Shown: piece after piece, positions 1 through 11,959 of the stretch
Position numbering within the stretch: position 1 is the first letter of the stretch
Layout of the letters: each line of letters opens with the position of its first letter
Source: Octopus sinensis
Taxonomy: Eukaryota
Reading direction: 5' to 3'
DNA: 64,000 nucleotides
Assembly (NCBI RefSeq): GCF_006345805.1
Contig: NC_043003.1
Span: 101,370,001-101,434,000, forward strand
Notes under the pieces: generated by a model
Database searches by the model: none
What the model was told of the DNA's origin: nothing
The model's input: the letters and a program-made list of their open reading frames with translations, nothing else
Translations under genes and position numbers: made by a program

Positions 1-1
1 C

Positions 2-284
2 TGGAAATCTAGGTTCTATAACCACCGGTCATCCTTTAGACTCAAACATAAGGCTAATTGTACATCTTTATCACGTAGGATTTGGGAACTTAAGGACAAA
101 AATATCAAATTTAACCTTAGATGGTCCATAGTTGGATCGGCAGCAACTTATAAAAATAATAGAACTATGCTGCTTAGAACTACTAAAAATCATTAAATTC
201 CCGGATAAAGACAAACTAGTTAATAAAAGATCTGAATTCAAACCAACTTGCATGCATAAATTAATCCTTAAATTTCCATTTTAA
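2..284 (+). pseudogene. Penelope-like element GIY-YIG endonuclease C-terminal remnant (frameshifted, cut by window start)
   Basis: Manual translation from base 2 gives WKSRFYNHRSSFRLKHKANCTSLSRRIWELKDKNIKFNLRWSIV, then after a frameshift LCCLELLKIIKFPDKDKLVNKRSEFKPTCMHK. This parallels the PLE endonuclease at 36135-36359 (FKVRFNNHTLSFRH...LSNHIWSLRDK). Confidence 0.8.
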
Positions 285-677
285 TCCCATCATTGGAATT
301 TCCATAATCTACTCCTCCATCCTGCCACTATGTAGGCATTGGATTAACTACTCCTAGTCTTACCCCCAACTACTTACTTAATAAGCTTACCTTCACCTTA
401 ATAAACTCTAACCCCAGATAGTATGCACATACCATTCAATTTGGAAAATTTATACTTACTTATACTTATCTATATAGAGCATAGATAAATAATCTAACCA
501 TTGTCTCTATAATTTAGTATATCACTACCAACAAACACTAATAACTTCATTAATATCTTTAAACTAGTAATATTGGGTAAATAAGTACCTAGAATCTTTT
601 AGCTTCATACATTCTCTAACAATCAAAATAAGAGTATAATTTACATAAGTAGATAATCTAGAAATCTCTCCAACCAA

Positions 678-1517
678 CATCATCATCATTTAGCATCCGC
701 TTTCCATGCTAGCATGGGTTGGACGGTTCAACTGGGGTCTGTGAAGCCAGAAGGCTGCATCAGGCCCAGTTTGATCTGGCAGTGTTTCTACAGCTAGATG
801 CCCTTCCTCATGCCAACCACTCCGTGAGTGTAGTGGGTGCTTTTTACATGCCACCCGCACAGGTGCCAGACGGAGCTGGCAAATGGCCACGGACGGATGG
901 TGCTTTTTACGTACCACCAGCACGGGGCCAGGCGAGGCTGGCAACGGCCACGAACGGATGGTGCTTTTTACGTGCCACCGGCACGAAGCCAGTCTGGGCG
1001 GCGCTGGCAACGGCCACAATCGGATGGTGCTTTTTATGTGCCACCAGCACGAGGCCAGTCGGGGCAGCGCTGGCAACGGCCACGTTCGGATGGTTCTCTT
1101 ACGTGCCAGCGGCACTGGTAACTCAGCTGCAATTTCCATTGATCGATTTCGATTCTGATTCTCACTTGCCTCAACAGGTCTTCACAAGTAGAGTTTTGTG
1201 TCCCAAGAAGGGAAGGTATGCATAAGTGGGCTGGCTACATCTCATGTAGAAGGCCACAGGTTATGGTCTCACTTGTCCTGCCGGGTCTTCTCGCGCACAG
1301 CATACTTCCAGAGGTCTCGGTCTCTAGTCATTTCCTCGGTGAGACCTAAAGTTCAAAGGTCATGCTTCACCACCTCGTCCCAGGTTTTCCTGGGTCTGCC
1401 TCTTCCACAGGTTCCCTCAACCGCTAGGGTGTGGCACTTTTTCACACAACTATCTTCATCCGTTCTCGCCACATGCCCATACCAGCGCAAACGTCTCTCT
1501 TGCACACCACGTCTGCA
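678..1517 (-). mobile_element. RTE-clade LINE, 5'-truncated 3' fragment (RT C-terminus, 3' UTR with ~62-66 bp tandem repeats, (GAT)n tail)
   Basis: Minus-strand translation gives GVQERRLRWYGHVAR...EGTCGRGRPRKTWDEVVKHDL. There is a (CAT)n run at 678, and the segment is homologous to the 8100-9017 part of the larger copy. Confidence 0.9.
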
Positions 1518-1764
1518 ACCAATATATATTATATTGTAATATTATAATAATATTATGATCACTAGTATTATTGCGATTATTATAATCTTTTCTTTGTATT
1601 TTTTCTTATTTTATTTTATTTTCTAATTTTTTATCCTTTATGTTTTATATTTACATTTAAATTATTAATTAATTAAAACTGTTATATCCCCCGAAACAAG
1701 ATAGACACTTAGAAGATGTGATGTATGTGTGTGTATATACATGAATCTATGGGCGTGAATGTAT

Positions 1765-1927
1765 GAAGATTTATACACAGTGGGATGTATATGTATGCGT
1801 GTGTGTATATGTGTGTGTGCATGTATATATATGGGGATATATATGTATGTGTGTATGCATGTGTGTATGTATATGTGTATATGTATGTGCATATGTATAT
1901 ATATATATATACATGCATTTGTGGGTG

Positions 1928-1968
<41 letters not shown>

Positions 1969-1975
1969 ATGTGTA
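1765..1975. repeat. Compound (TA)/(TG)/(TATG) microsatellite
   Basis: Dinucleotide and tetranucleotide runs visible directly. Confidence 0.95.
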
Positions 1976-1980
1976 TCATA

Positions 1981-2189
1981 CTCTCTTTACTCTCTTCTAC
2001 TTGTTTCAGTCATTTGACTGCGGCCATGCTGGAGCACCGCCTTTAGTCGAGCAACTCGACCCCGGGACTTATTCTTTTTGTAAGCCCAGTACTTATTCTA
2101 TCAGTCTCTTTTTGCCAAACCGCTAAGAGATGGGGACGTAAACACACCAGCATCGGTTGTCAAGCAATGCTAGGGGAACAAACACACAC

Positions 2190-2220
<31 letters not shown>

Positions 2221-2389
2221 CATATATACAACAGGCTTCTTTCAGTTTCCGTCTACCAAATCCACTCACAAGGCATTGGTCGGCCCGGGGCTATAGCAGA
2301 AGACACTTGCCCAAGATGCCACGCAGTGGGACTGAACCCGGAACCATGTGGTTGGTTAGCAAGCTACTTACCACACAGCCACTCCTGTG

Positions 2390-2391
<2 letters not shown>
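1981..2391 (-). mobile_element. tRNA-derived SINE with CORE-like central domain and internal microsatellite
   Basis: The reverse complement starts GGCACAGGAGTGGCTGTGTGGTAAGTAGCTTGC...GGTTCAGTCCCA (A/B-box-like), followed by CTTGGGCAAGTGTCTT. A homologous copy lies at 31890-32310. Confidence 0.8.
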
Positions 2392-2438
<47 letters not shown>

Positions 2439-2472
2439 ATATATATGTGCATGTGTATGGGTATATATGTAT

Positions 2473-2522
<50 letters not shown>

Positions 2523-2760
2523 ATGTATGTGCGTGAGTCCATATGTGTGTATTAAGATATATATGTGTGTGTAGAGATATCTATATCTGTACATATCTTT
2601 AGTAGTGTGTGTATATATTTACTAGGATTTAACTGTAGATATGTATGAGGATATGTGTGTAATTCCATATGCTTAAGACTGTATCTCATGCTGTGTGGTA
2701 CAAAACATACTTTTTTTTTTATATATATGTGCACGGGTAGGTGTACAGACACACACACAC
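2392..2760. repeat. (TA)/(TG) microsatellite tract
   Basis: Visible directly. Confidence 0.9.
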
Positions 2761-3571
2761 TATAAACTTAAAGCTAGCAACTTATAGTGAGGATTGGTGT
2801 AAACTGACCACTCACTACAACCATATCAAATTTCACCCACCCAATCACTACCACCCCGCCCGAAAATAAGAAGTAATTTATGACACTTACCACCACATGG
2901 AAACCTAAATCAACTCTTTTAGCATCTTATCTCTTTATCTTAATTCTTTTGTTTTACGATTATTTTTATATCTTTTTATTTTTCTTTATATTTTTATATT
3001 TTACATTTTTATATTTTTTGCTACTGTGATTTGACTAATTTTTTATATTTATATGTGGTTCTAACATTATTATCCTTATATTTGAATTTTTACTATTTCT
3101 TTACTACTTTTATTACCCTTATCTTTTACTTACATTATCCTCTTACCTTGTTTCTCTCTTTAACGGTTTCTCTCTCTATTTTCTCCTCTTCCTTCTTTTT
3201 CTCCCTTTTCTTTCTCTCTATTTCCCCTCTATTTTTTTCTCTCTTTTTTCTCTCTATTCTTTCCATCTATTTTTTCCTCTCCATATTCTCCCTATTTTTT
3301 CTTCCTTTTTTCCTTTTCCTTCTCCTTATTTCTATTTCCTTACAAGAAGAATGAACCCATTCAAATCTATTTAACATTCACTCTATGTTGACTGGTGATA
3401 CAGTATGGACAGATTTTTAAAATCCAATGATCCCCTATACGCCTATTTAGTTATGAAATTTTACAAATACACTTTCTCAGGGAAATATGATATACCTATT
3501 ATTATGGGTAATACTACATGTACTTTTCATATTTTTTACAGTGTGATGTAACTCTTTGGAATAACAATGCA

Positions 3572-3664
3572 TGCGGCTGAAGAGAGCTTTAAACCATCTT
3601 TTATATCTATTATACACTGATGTAAGAACAGGTCGTTTATAAAGCTTGAAACACGTGTACCGCG
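3572..3664 (+). ncRNA. Minimal type I hammerhead ribozyme motif (PLE-type)
   Basis: Stem I GCGG/CCGC; core CTGAAGA at 3577-3583; stem II GAGCTTT...AAAGCTT; GAAA at 3648-3651; palindromic stem III ACACGTGT; cleavage triplet GUA (A at 3659). Confidence 0.8.
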
Positions 3665-3716
3665 ACATCCTTTGTGTTCTGTTTTTGATTTTATTTGATA
3701 TATATATATATATATG

Positions 3717-4019
3717 TATATTTTAATTTAGAGATAGTAGGCCCCTACATCTACCATATAAAAAGAATTTTTATTTTTATTTTAAACGCCTACTGTTTTA
3801 TTATTTGGCAACACGTGTTTCATGAGGTACATCCTCGGGTTCCTAAACCACTCCGTGTTTTCCTGGAACCCTTCTTAAAATGTAATCCAATCATCAGGCC
3901 CTTATATCACTTTATCAACGTTCAGTACAATAAACTATATTTTAATTATTTAAAATTTAAAATAAAAATTATTTTTATATGGTAGATGTAGGGGCCTATT
4001 ATCTCTAAATTAAAATATA
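3717..4019. repeat. ~70-bp inverted repeat (3717-3786 / 3949-4019) enclosing a hammerhead-like spacer
   Basis: TATATTTTAATTTAGAGATAGTAGGCCCCTACATCTACCATATAAAA... and its reverse complement, with only a few mismatches. Confidence 0.9.
3807..3900 (-). ncRNA. Second hammerhead ribozyme motif, opposite strand, imperfect stem II
   Basis: The reverse complement reads GGC CTGATGA ... T GAAA CACGTG T T GCC. Stem I is 3 bp, stem III is the same ACACGTGT palindrome, the stem II closing pair is non-canonical and N17 is U. Confidence 0.55.
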
Positions 4020-4272
4020 TTTCTTCATTGAGAATAACTTGAACCTCTGTGATGCCGGAATTTTTATTCCCTAAAAAATAATATTAAAATAATATTTAAA
4101 TATATATATACAGAGTGAGAGAGAGAGATACATATATTATATACATACATCTATATGCATCATTGAAAAAAAACCTGTTCCGCATTCGTAAGTGTTTCTG
4201 AACAAGTCATCCATATTTGTTTCATTTTCTCCGTTTTGTGCGTTTGTGCATCCATAGATTTCTAACCCCTCC

Positions 4273-4312
<40 letters not shown>

Positions 4313-4316
<4 letters not shown>

Positions 4317-5370
4317 ACGAAACGGACTGGAATTCGCCCGTCGTCGCTCGCCCGAACGGCCCACAAATTCGCCACGGAACCCAAAGAGGCGGAGAGAGGA
4401 GAGATACAGATACAACAACAACCACAACCTCAGCAGCACAGAGATACAGGCTACACTTCAAGATACAACCCAAAGAGGCAAGGCAACAACTGGCAACACT
4501 GGCTTATATTCAAACAACAGTTTATACGACAATTACAATTGTTACAACATCCAAGCATGCACGTGACTACTCAATACATAATACAACAGCATTTCAAGAG
4601 TACAACTCAAAGCATAATACAACATCATGTAACAATTCAAGAGTACACGTCCCAAGACAACAGTTCTTTAAAGTCTCTTCCTAAACATCACAATCAACAA
4701 GTCCTTTACTCTTCTTCTTCACAATGTCCTTTATCGACCACATCGACAGAGTCCTTGACTGTTCTTTTCTCTGTTCAATACACCGTGACACATATCAATG
4801 CACAAACACATACCTCAATTCCTAATTGAATCTGCCAGTGTCCCATTCCTCTCAATACTGCTAATTCCTCTGAATACTGCTAATTCCCTTCTGTGCCGCC
4901 AAGCTTTCTCGCATCCAACTTGCTCCTAAGAATTCCAACGCTTGCTCCTTAAATCCAAGGTCCGTCTGTCTTCTTCGAGGACCGGCCAGCGACTGCAAGA
5001 TCCGTCTGTGTTCTTCGACGACCGCTCAACGACTGCCATGGTCCTTATACTCTATCTATATCCTCAATCTGTCCCTTACTGCTTATCCTTTCTATTTGCC
5101 CGCTGCTCTTACTCTATCGCTATCGCCTGCCAGACTCTTCCTCTCTATCTGTCCCTTCTCTCTTACACTCTATCTCTATTTGCTCTCAGCCCTTAATCTG
5201 TCTTCCTCTTTCACATTCTCCTGACCCTCTTCTCAGCCGCACGAGGTCACAGGTCATTCCAAAACCCATTAGTCCTCCATTAGACAAAAGACTGTCACAT
5301 TTCGCCCAGACATGCCGGAACCATAATTCCAATGTGGGTCACCAAGACTGCACTAGCTAAACTCATAACA
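4313..5370. mobile_element. Probable solo LTR (~1058 bp) inserted in a TA microsatellite
   Basis: Termini TGTTACGA...TCATAACA form a 7/8 inverted match with TG...CA ends. The sequence is GC-richer than its flanks and has no coding capacity. The TSD is ambiguous inside (TA)n. Confidence 0.6.
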
Positions 5371-5380
5371 CTATATATAT

Positions 5381-5489
5381 ACCGGATTGAAATAAGGTGG
5401 AAAAAAGAGTACTCAAATACCAGAGGTAGAGTAATATGCTTTATTTAAAAGCAGCAGAAATATAACAAAAGCTGTTACTTGGAGTTTCT
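5381..5489 (-). mobile_element. Probable PLE terminal fragment beginning at a hammerhead GAAAC half-site
   Basis: The reverse complement reads GAAACTCCAAGTAACAGC...AATAAA...TACTCTTTTTTCCACC and ends at (TA)n. The architecture resembles the other PLE tails in this window. Confidence 0.35.
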
Positions 5490-6415
5490 TCAAAAAGATT
5501 TCAGTATAAACGTTCGGAAAATATGCTCAAAGAGAAACAAAAAATATTCCATGAATTTTCTCAGCTGTAAAAGCCTTTGTATCAATGATGGAAGTTTTTT
5601 TCTTACCTTTTTGCTGAATTCACAAACTGACTGGTGGGAATAAAATTACCTGTTAATTTTCTTCTCTGTTTATATATATGTGTGTGTGTGCATTACCAGT
5701 ACCATAAATCTCTATCTATCTGTCTCCCTCTCTCTTTCTCTCTTTCTGCCGCTTTCTCTTCCTTCACTGATGCTACACCTTACTTCCACTCCATTTCAAC
5801 CCATTTCACACCATTCAACTCTTTCATCCCTCACCCACCAAATGCCATTTATTGCCCTATCAACACTCTGCAGCAGCACATTTTTCTTGTGCACCAAGAG
5901 TTTTTGTCGCCAGAGATAAAAGAGTCAATACTCTTAGACACACCCACACACAAAAGTCTGTCTCCAGTTTATTTCTCCATATGGAATTAAGATGGCATTG
6001 CTTTTCAGTACTATACTACATACATTCATGCATGCGTGCACACACACAGACACACAAACACACACACATGCATTTGTAATAATTATCTGTTTTCAAATAA
6101 CACTAAATTGAAAGAAATAATCTTATTCCCTCTTTAGTGACATCAGATCTTATGAATAAGATGAAAACGACCTGTTGTCTCTAAAGTGTCCAAAATTTGA
6201 TAAAATTGTCCACAGAAGGGCTGTAAAGATTTTTTTTTTTAATTCATTCTCGAATTGCTTCTCTTTCTCTATTGGTATACTAAAACATTGTGTACAAAAA
6301 ATATAAAAACTCAGCATAACCCTATGCATGCCTTACCAAAATACTACCATGCCCCACATTGGGAATCACAGCTTTACTGGGATTATTGTAGCTACCAAGA
6401 AATCATATTGCTGAT

Positions 6416-6674
6416 GTAGTGGATCTTGCATGCATGAAGTGGATTCGATCCAACATAGCCAAATTTAAATTAACACTGCAACAGAACTTTTCCCATGGTG
6501 GAACAATGGTTTTTCTCTGACAGCAGTTTTACATTTATATATATACATATGTGTGTGTGTGTGAACAGACAAAAGAAAGTAGCATTCAATATATTTGGTT
6601 GGAGTTACCGGTGTAGTGGATCTTGCAAGCATGAAGTAGATTCGATCCACCATAGCCAAATTTAAATTAACACT
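6416..6674. repeat. Local ~120-bp direct duplication (6416-6537; second copy 6612-6674 continues at 9018-9079 after the RTE insertion)
   Basis: TGTAGTGGATCTTGCA...AAATTAACACT|GCAACAGAA...TTTTACATTT occurs twice, and the second copy is split by the LINE. Confidence 0.85.
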
Positions 6675-9017
6675 TAAAAAAAAAATGAGGATGCAAAGAA
6701 AGAGGTTTGGAGATGCCACTGTGAAAGGTTGCTGAATAAAGAAAATGAATGGGAGAAAGAGAGTCTGCTAAATGTCGACCCAACAGAGGGACCAGCTATC
6801 CGAGTTGACAGTACCTTGGTAGAAAAGGCAATTAAAAGTATGAAGACAGGGAAAGCCTCAGGCTCATCAGGAATTACTGCAGAGATGCTCAAAATATCTG
6901 CCAGTGTTGGCTATAGCCTAGTCACTCGTATAGTTAACCAGGTGATACACGAAGGAGTCATACCCAATGACTGGTGTAGCAGCATAATAGTCAACTGCAA
7001 CAAAGGTAAAGGTGACGCCCTAGATACAAATAATTACAGAGGTATCAAGCTGTTGGATCAGGTAATGAATGTCACGGAGAGGGTCATAGCCCAACTAATT
7101 AGGGAGAGTCAGTTTAGATGACATGCAATTTGGGTTCGTGCCAGGGAAAAGCACCACTGATGGTATATTTTTGGTAAGACAGCTGCAGGAGAAATATCTA
7201 GCCAAAGATAAGCTCCTGTACCTGGCTTTTGTTGACATGGAGAGGGTCATAGCCCAACTATCCCTAATCTGGTGGTCAATGAGGAAACTAGGGATAGATG
7301 AATGGTTAGTGAGAGCTGTGCAAGCCATGTACAGGGACGCTGTCAGTAAGGTGAGGGTTGGCAACAAGTGCACTGAAGGTTTAGTCCTCAGCCCCCTCCT
7401 ATTTATCATAGTCCTCCAGGCAATAATGGAGGAATTCAAGACAGGATGCCCCTGGGAGCTCCTCTATGCTGGTGACCTTGCTCTAATTGCTGAGTCACTA
7501 TCAGAACTAGAGGAGAAGCGTTAGGTGTGGAAACAAGGATTAGAATCGAAGGGCCTTAGAGTTAACCTAGCTAAAACCAAAGTCCTAATAAGTAGGAAGG
7601 CAGGCAAACCACAAATCCCTTCAGGTAGATGGCTCCTGCTTGATCTGTAGTAGAAGCATAGGTAGAAACTCTATAAGATGTACCTAGTGTAAGCTATGGA
7701 CACATAAGAGATGCAGTAATATCAATGGGAGGCTAATGGAGAAGATAGTTTTTGAATGTGGCAGATGCTCGGGAGCAATAAACACTGGTAATGCACAGAG
7801 AACAACTTCCGCCACATTCCAGGGAGGAAAACTAGAAGTAGTTGATAGTTTCCATTACCTAGGTAACCAAGTCAGTAGCGAGGGAGGGTGCGCTGGCAAA
7901 GTTCAGATAGCTCTTACCTCTGATGGTGACAAAGGGCCTTTCGCTCAGAGTAAAAGGTAGACGCATGTGTACGAACAGCCATGCTACATGGCAGTGAAAC
8001 ATGGGCTGTGACTGCTGAGGACATGCACAAGCTCACAAGGAATGAAGCCAGTATGATCCGATGGATGTGTAATGTCAGTGTGCATACTTGACAGAGTGTA
8101 AGTACCTTGAGAGAAATGTTGGACCTAAGAAGCATCAGATGTGGTGTGCAAGAGAGACGACTGCACTGGTATGGTCATGTGGCGAGAATGGATGAGGACA
8201 GCTGTGTAAAAAAGTGCTACACCCTAGGTAGATACAGGAAGACCTGGGATGAAGTGGTGAAGCACAACCTTCGAACTTTGGGCCTCACTGAGGAAATGAC
8301 TAGTGACCAAGACTTCTGGAAATATGCTGTGCGTGAGAAGACCCGGCAAGCCAAATGAGACCATAATCTCGTGGCCTATGCCACTTATGTGTACCTTTTC
8401 CTTCTTTCAACACTAAAACTCTGCTTGCAAAGACCTGTTGAGGCAAGTGAAATCAAAAATCAAAATCAAAATCAAATTCAATGACTGGTGTCCGTGCTAG
8501 CAGGGTGCAAAGAGCACCATACGAGCGTGATCATTGACAGAGCAGGTAACCAGCTTCTGTGCCAGTGGCACTTAAAAGGCACCATTTGAGTGGGATTGTT
8601 ACCAGCGTCGCCTTACTGGCACTCGAGCCCCGTGCTAGTAGGGTATTAAGAGCACCATCTGAGCATGATCGTTGGAAGAGCGGCTATGTGGCCTCCATGC
8701 CGGTGGCATGCAAAAGACACCATTCAAGCGTGATCATTACCAGCATCGCCTTACTGGCACTTGTGCCAGTGGCATGCATAAAAGATTTGAGCGAGGTTGT
8801 TGCCAGTACCGCCTGACTGACCCCATGCCAGTGGCACGTAAAAGCACCCACTACACTCTTGGAGTGGTTGGTGTTGGGAAGGGTATCCAGCTGTAGAAAC
8901 TCTGCCAGATCAAGCTTGAAGCCTGGTACAGCCATCTGGTTTCACCAGCCCTCAGTCATTCTTCCAACCCATGCTAGCATGGAAAGCGGATATTAAACAA
9001 TGATGATGATGATGATG
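6675..9017 (+). mobile_element. RTE-clade LINE, 5'-truncated, RT pseudogene plus 3' UTR and (GAT)n tail
   Basis: ORF fragments include NNYRGIKLL, QFGFVPGKSTTDGIF, LAFVDME, LSPLLFIIVL, ELLYAGDLAL (YADD-derived), YLG and RLHWYGHVARMDE. Several frameshifts and stops are present. The (GAT)n tail ends at 9017, with a possible 3-bp TSD ACT. Confidence 0.95.
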
Positions 9018-10509
9018 ACTGCAACAGAAATTTTCCCACGATGGAACAATGGTTTTTCTCTGACAGCAGTTTTACATTTTCCAGATGCCTTTAGCTAGGC
9101 CGAAATAATGTCTTCACCACTTTCTAACCTCTTCTACTTCACCAAAAGCTAGAATAGAGATAACAAGACCACCAACTAAATCTATTGCCCTCAATGATAT
9201 ATCTATCCTTCAGGATAGTTATAAAAGCATGTACGCCCCAAGCAAAAATCAGTCGGTGACGACTCAACCAAGTAGTCACTTGATGACAACTGAGCGAGGC
9301 AGCTCGTGACGACTCAATTAGTTAGGAAATGGACTGCTAGAATCATGATCATAAAGAATGCAGCGACTAAAGATAATGGTCAGCGAGAGAAATAAAATTT
9401 ACTGTCAGCAACTGTGAGACAACGTCCCACAACCCTACAACTTTCACTAGCTCTAATTCTGTTCTCTTACAACATCATCTATTGCTATCTGTGGATTACT
9501 ACTAACAATTTGTGTACACCAAACTATGCAAAAAAAAAAAATTCTACCACATCTAACTTTTTTTCGCATGCTCTTGGATGTTATAACCTGCCCGTCGAGG
9601 TATGGTATTTTTCAACATAACGGTAAATAAATACTTTCTTAAAACTTCATGTATTGTTCATCTTTCACATCCTACAGTATGCGATTATAACAACAAATTT
9701 TTATCGTTACAACTGCTGACTCTGACATTTCATAATAATGTGTACCTAATCATATTTATCGTTACACATATATTTAATAACAGAGTCACATTAGTCAGAT
9801 GTTCAGAGACACTGAATTAAACAGTTATAGCTATATCATAAAACAAGGAGAAGTAAAATAAAGTTAAGAATATAAACAGAAAACGATCTTCAGAGCAAAG
9901 AACATCAAGTAGAAACTTGGTGCGAGTTTTTAGGGAAAAAAGAGAAGATATGAGTATTAAGAAACAAAGTTTTTAATACAGATGTGAAGTTAAAGTACTG
10001 CAAGCCCTCTTAATACCATCTTTGATGCTTATGTATGATCTGTGAAACCCACATAATACATCATATTAAATTTTCTTTTTCTGTGAGTGAAATACTTGTG
10101 AGTTTTCATTGAGCTATGGAAGAAAAGAATTTCTGCAAAGATCTGTAAACTTTGCATCGAAAAATTTGAAAGGGACCTTTTTCAAAGAGTGAAAAACTCA
10201 GAATTATCATTGCACCACTAAAGAAGAAGAACTGAAAATGTTTTATTACACAGATGTTTAATATACATAAAGCTATCTGTATGTAAACAATATTTGTGTC
10301 TTATTACACAGATGTTGTTCCATAAACTGATAGCTATTTTGTTTAACAACACAAAATGGCTTTCCTTTATTCTAAAAGGTGTTCTGAATCAACCCCACCC
10401 AAAGAAAGTTGAAAGAAACAGGTAACCTGGGCAGAATTGGAGAACAATGTAAACAAGAACAACTAATACTGTAAGGTATTAGGGCTGATGGTTGACCAAT
10501 TCTGTCACA

Positions 10510-10623
10510 TTTCTCTCCGAAGTTTCTAAAATGTCTAGTGTTCCATTAATAAAATAAGCTTGTTAACCCAGCTTTTCGCTCCTTAAGAACCATTCACGTT
10601 GTTGTTATGTACGTCTATTTCTC
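10510..10623 (+). mobile_element. Partial copy of the LTR found at 11409-11726
   Basis: ~115-bp near-identical match to 11605-11718 (TTTCTCTCCGAAGTTTCTAAAATGTCTAG...CTATTTCTC). Confidence 0.7.
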
Positions 10624-11065
10624 AGTAAGGAGAGTTAAATCTACATATGAAGGGTTCTGGAATATACTTAAAAAGTTACTGTAGTATAACATCTACAGTT
10701 TATGTGATCGGTGTTTAGCCATAGGCAAACATGTTTTGACAAACATTTTGTGTGTGTGTTTAAGATTGTAGGTCGCATGATCTGAGGGAGATTAGGTTGC
10801 TATTTCTATCAGCTCAAATGACTATCTAGACTGATGGTTCTCTTCTCAACCATTTTAATATCCAGGCCAGATCCAAACCTGAATTTTTTTTAACGAGTTG
10901 TACCAAAAAAAAAAAAAACATTTTTTAATTAATTTTTTTAAACTAAAGTTTTGAAACTTCATATACTGGTGGAATTTCTCGCCAGAACACGGTTTACTTT
11001 GAACATTTTAAACAAAATTTCGTATTTTAGAAGTTATTTCGTGTTAAAGTTGTATTTGGGTAATT

Positions 11066-11726
11066 TTAGCCAATCAACGACGTGTATTCTTCCTGGACTT
11101 CTTGCACAGATAAAGTTCTCACTTTAGACCTTAATGGCCGTAAAGATACTATTTCTGTTGACAGACTAAAAATAGGCTCACATAGAAAAAGACTATTTCC
11201 ATGCACACACAGTACACAAACGCGTCCTTTACACCCACCTTCACATACTTTGACTACTAAAAGCGGTAGACATGTGCATTGGCCAAAGAATTTTAACAAA
11301 CATTTACTACATTTGAACTTTAATATTGTTTCTATGTTTTGACATTTTATGATGTATACATTTTTGTTATTTTCCTTACTGTTTAACGTTACCTCTGCCT
11401 GGTGGTTGTGTAGTGGAAAGGTGTATCAGAAGATGCTGAGGTAACAGATGCGATATTGTGGATGCCTTCAAAGTAAACAGGTGCTTAACGACGTAGCTAG
11501 ATTGTTGAATGATCTCCCTTGCAAGAAAGCTCATAGAGTAACCTCCCTTCTCTAAGCATCGTTGTCGTGAGACGTGATTCTTAATTATTCAAGGAGCTTG
11601 GCGTTTCTCTCCGAAGTTTCTAAAATGTCTAGTGTTCCATTAATAAAATAAGCTTGTTAACCCAGCTTTTTGCTCCTTAAGAACTATTCACGTTGTTGCT
11701 ATGTACGTCTATTTCTCTACGCCACA
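11066..11726 (+). mobile_element. Gypsy-type LTR retrotransposon 3' remnant: integrase C-terminus plus 3' LTR (11409-11726)
   Basis: The ORF reads TLDLNGRKDTISVDRLK...TTKSGRHVHWP, the typical Gypsy integrase tail. It is followed by a TG...CA bounded segment starting TGTAGTGG and ending CCACA. Confidence 0.7.
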
Positions 11727-11959
11727 TGACTGAAACATACCACTTCACTGTTCTTCTACATTTTCTGTCTGAAATTTCTTGCATAGATTACTTCATTCAA
11801 CTAGCTCCTACGATTTGATTCCAGGTAGGTAGATAGACGAATGAAATATATTTTTATGTAGTAAATGTATAGATCTTCAATTTATTCTTTTCGTCTCTGT
11901 ATCAAATCTTGTAATAACATATACGCAGCCATATCAACACATTCTACTGTCTATATATT

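Noticed and set aside
719-1225. Overlapping 90-170 aa ORFs with repeated WQRP/ATAT motifs
   Set aside because: They lie in the GC-rich tandem-repeat 3' UTR of the RTE LINE, antisense or out of frame, and are not conserved in frame among the four copies.
2330-2391. tRNA-like sequences here and at 12825-12870, 32270-32310, 55930-55970 and 60990-61025
   Set aside because: No complete cloverleaf or acceptor stem; they are SINE or retroelement heads, not tRNA genes.
1665-2760. YI/CV/HT-rich ORFs here and at 20.5-22, 28.6-32.5, 35.3-35.7, 39.3-39.8 and 58.4-59.2 kb
   Set aside because: Translations of TA, TG and TATG microsatellites or low-complexity DNA.
9080-10500. Apparently unique sequence checked for host exons
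   Set aside because: No recognisable domain or convincing ORF. Small exons cannot be excluded without RNA-seq or homology searches.
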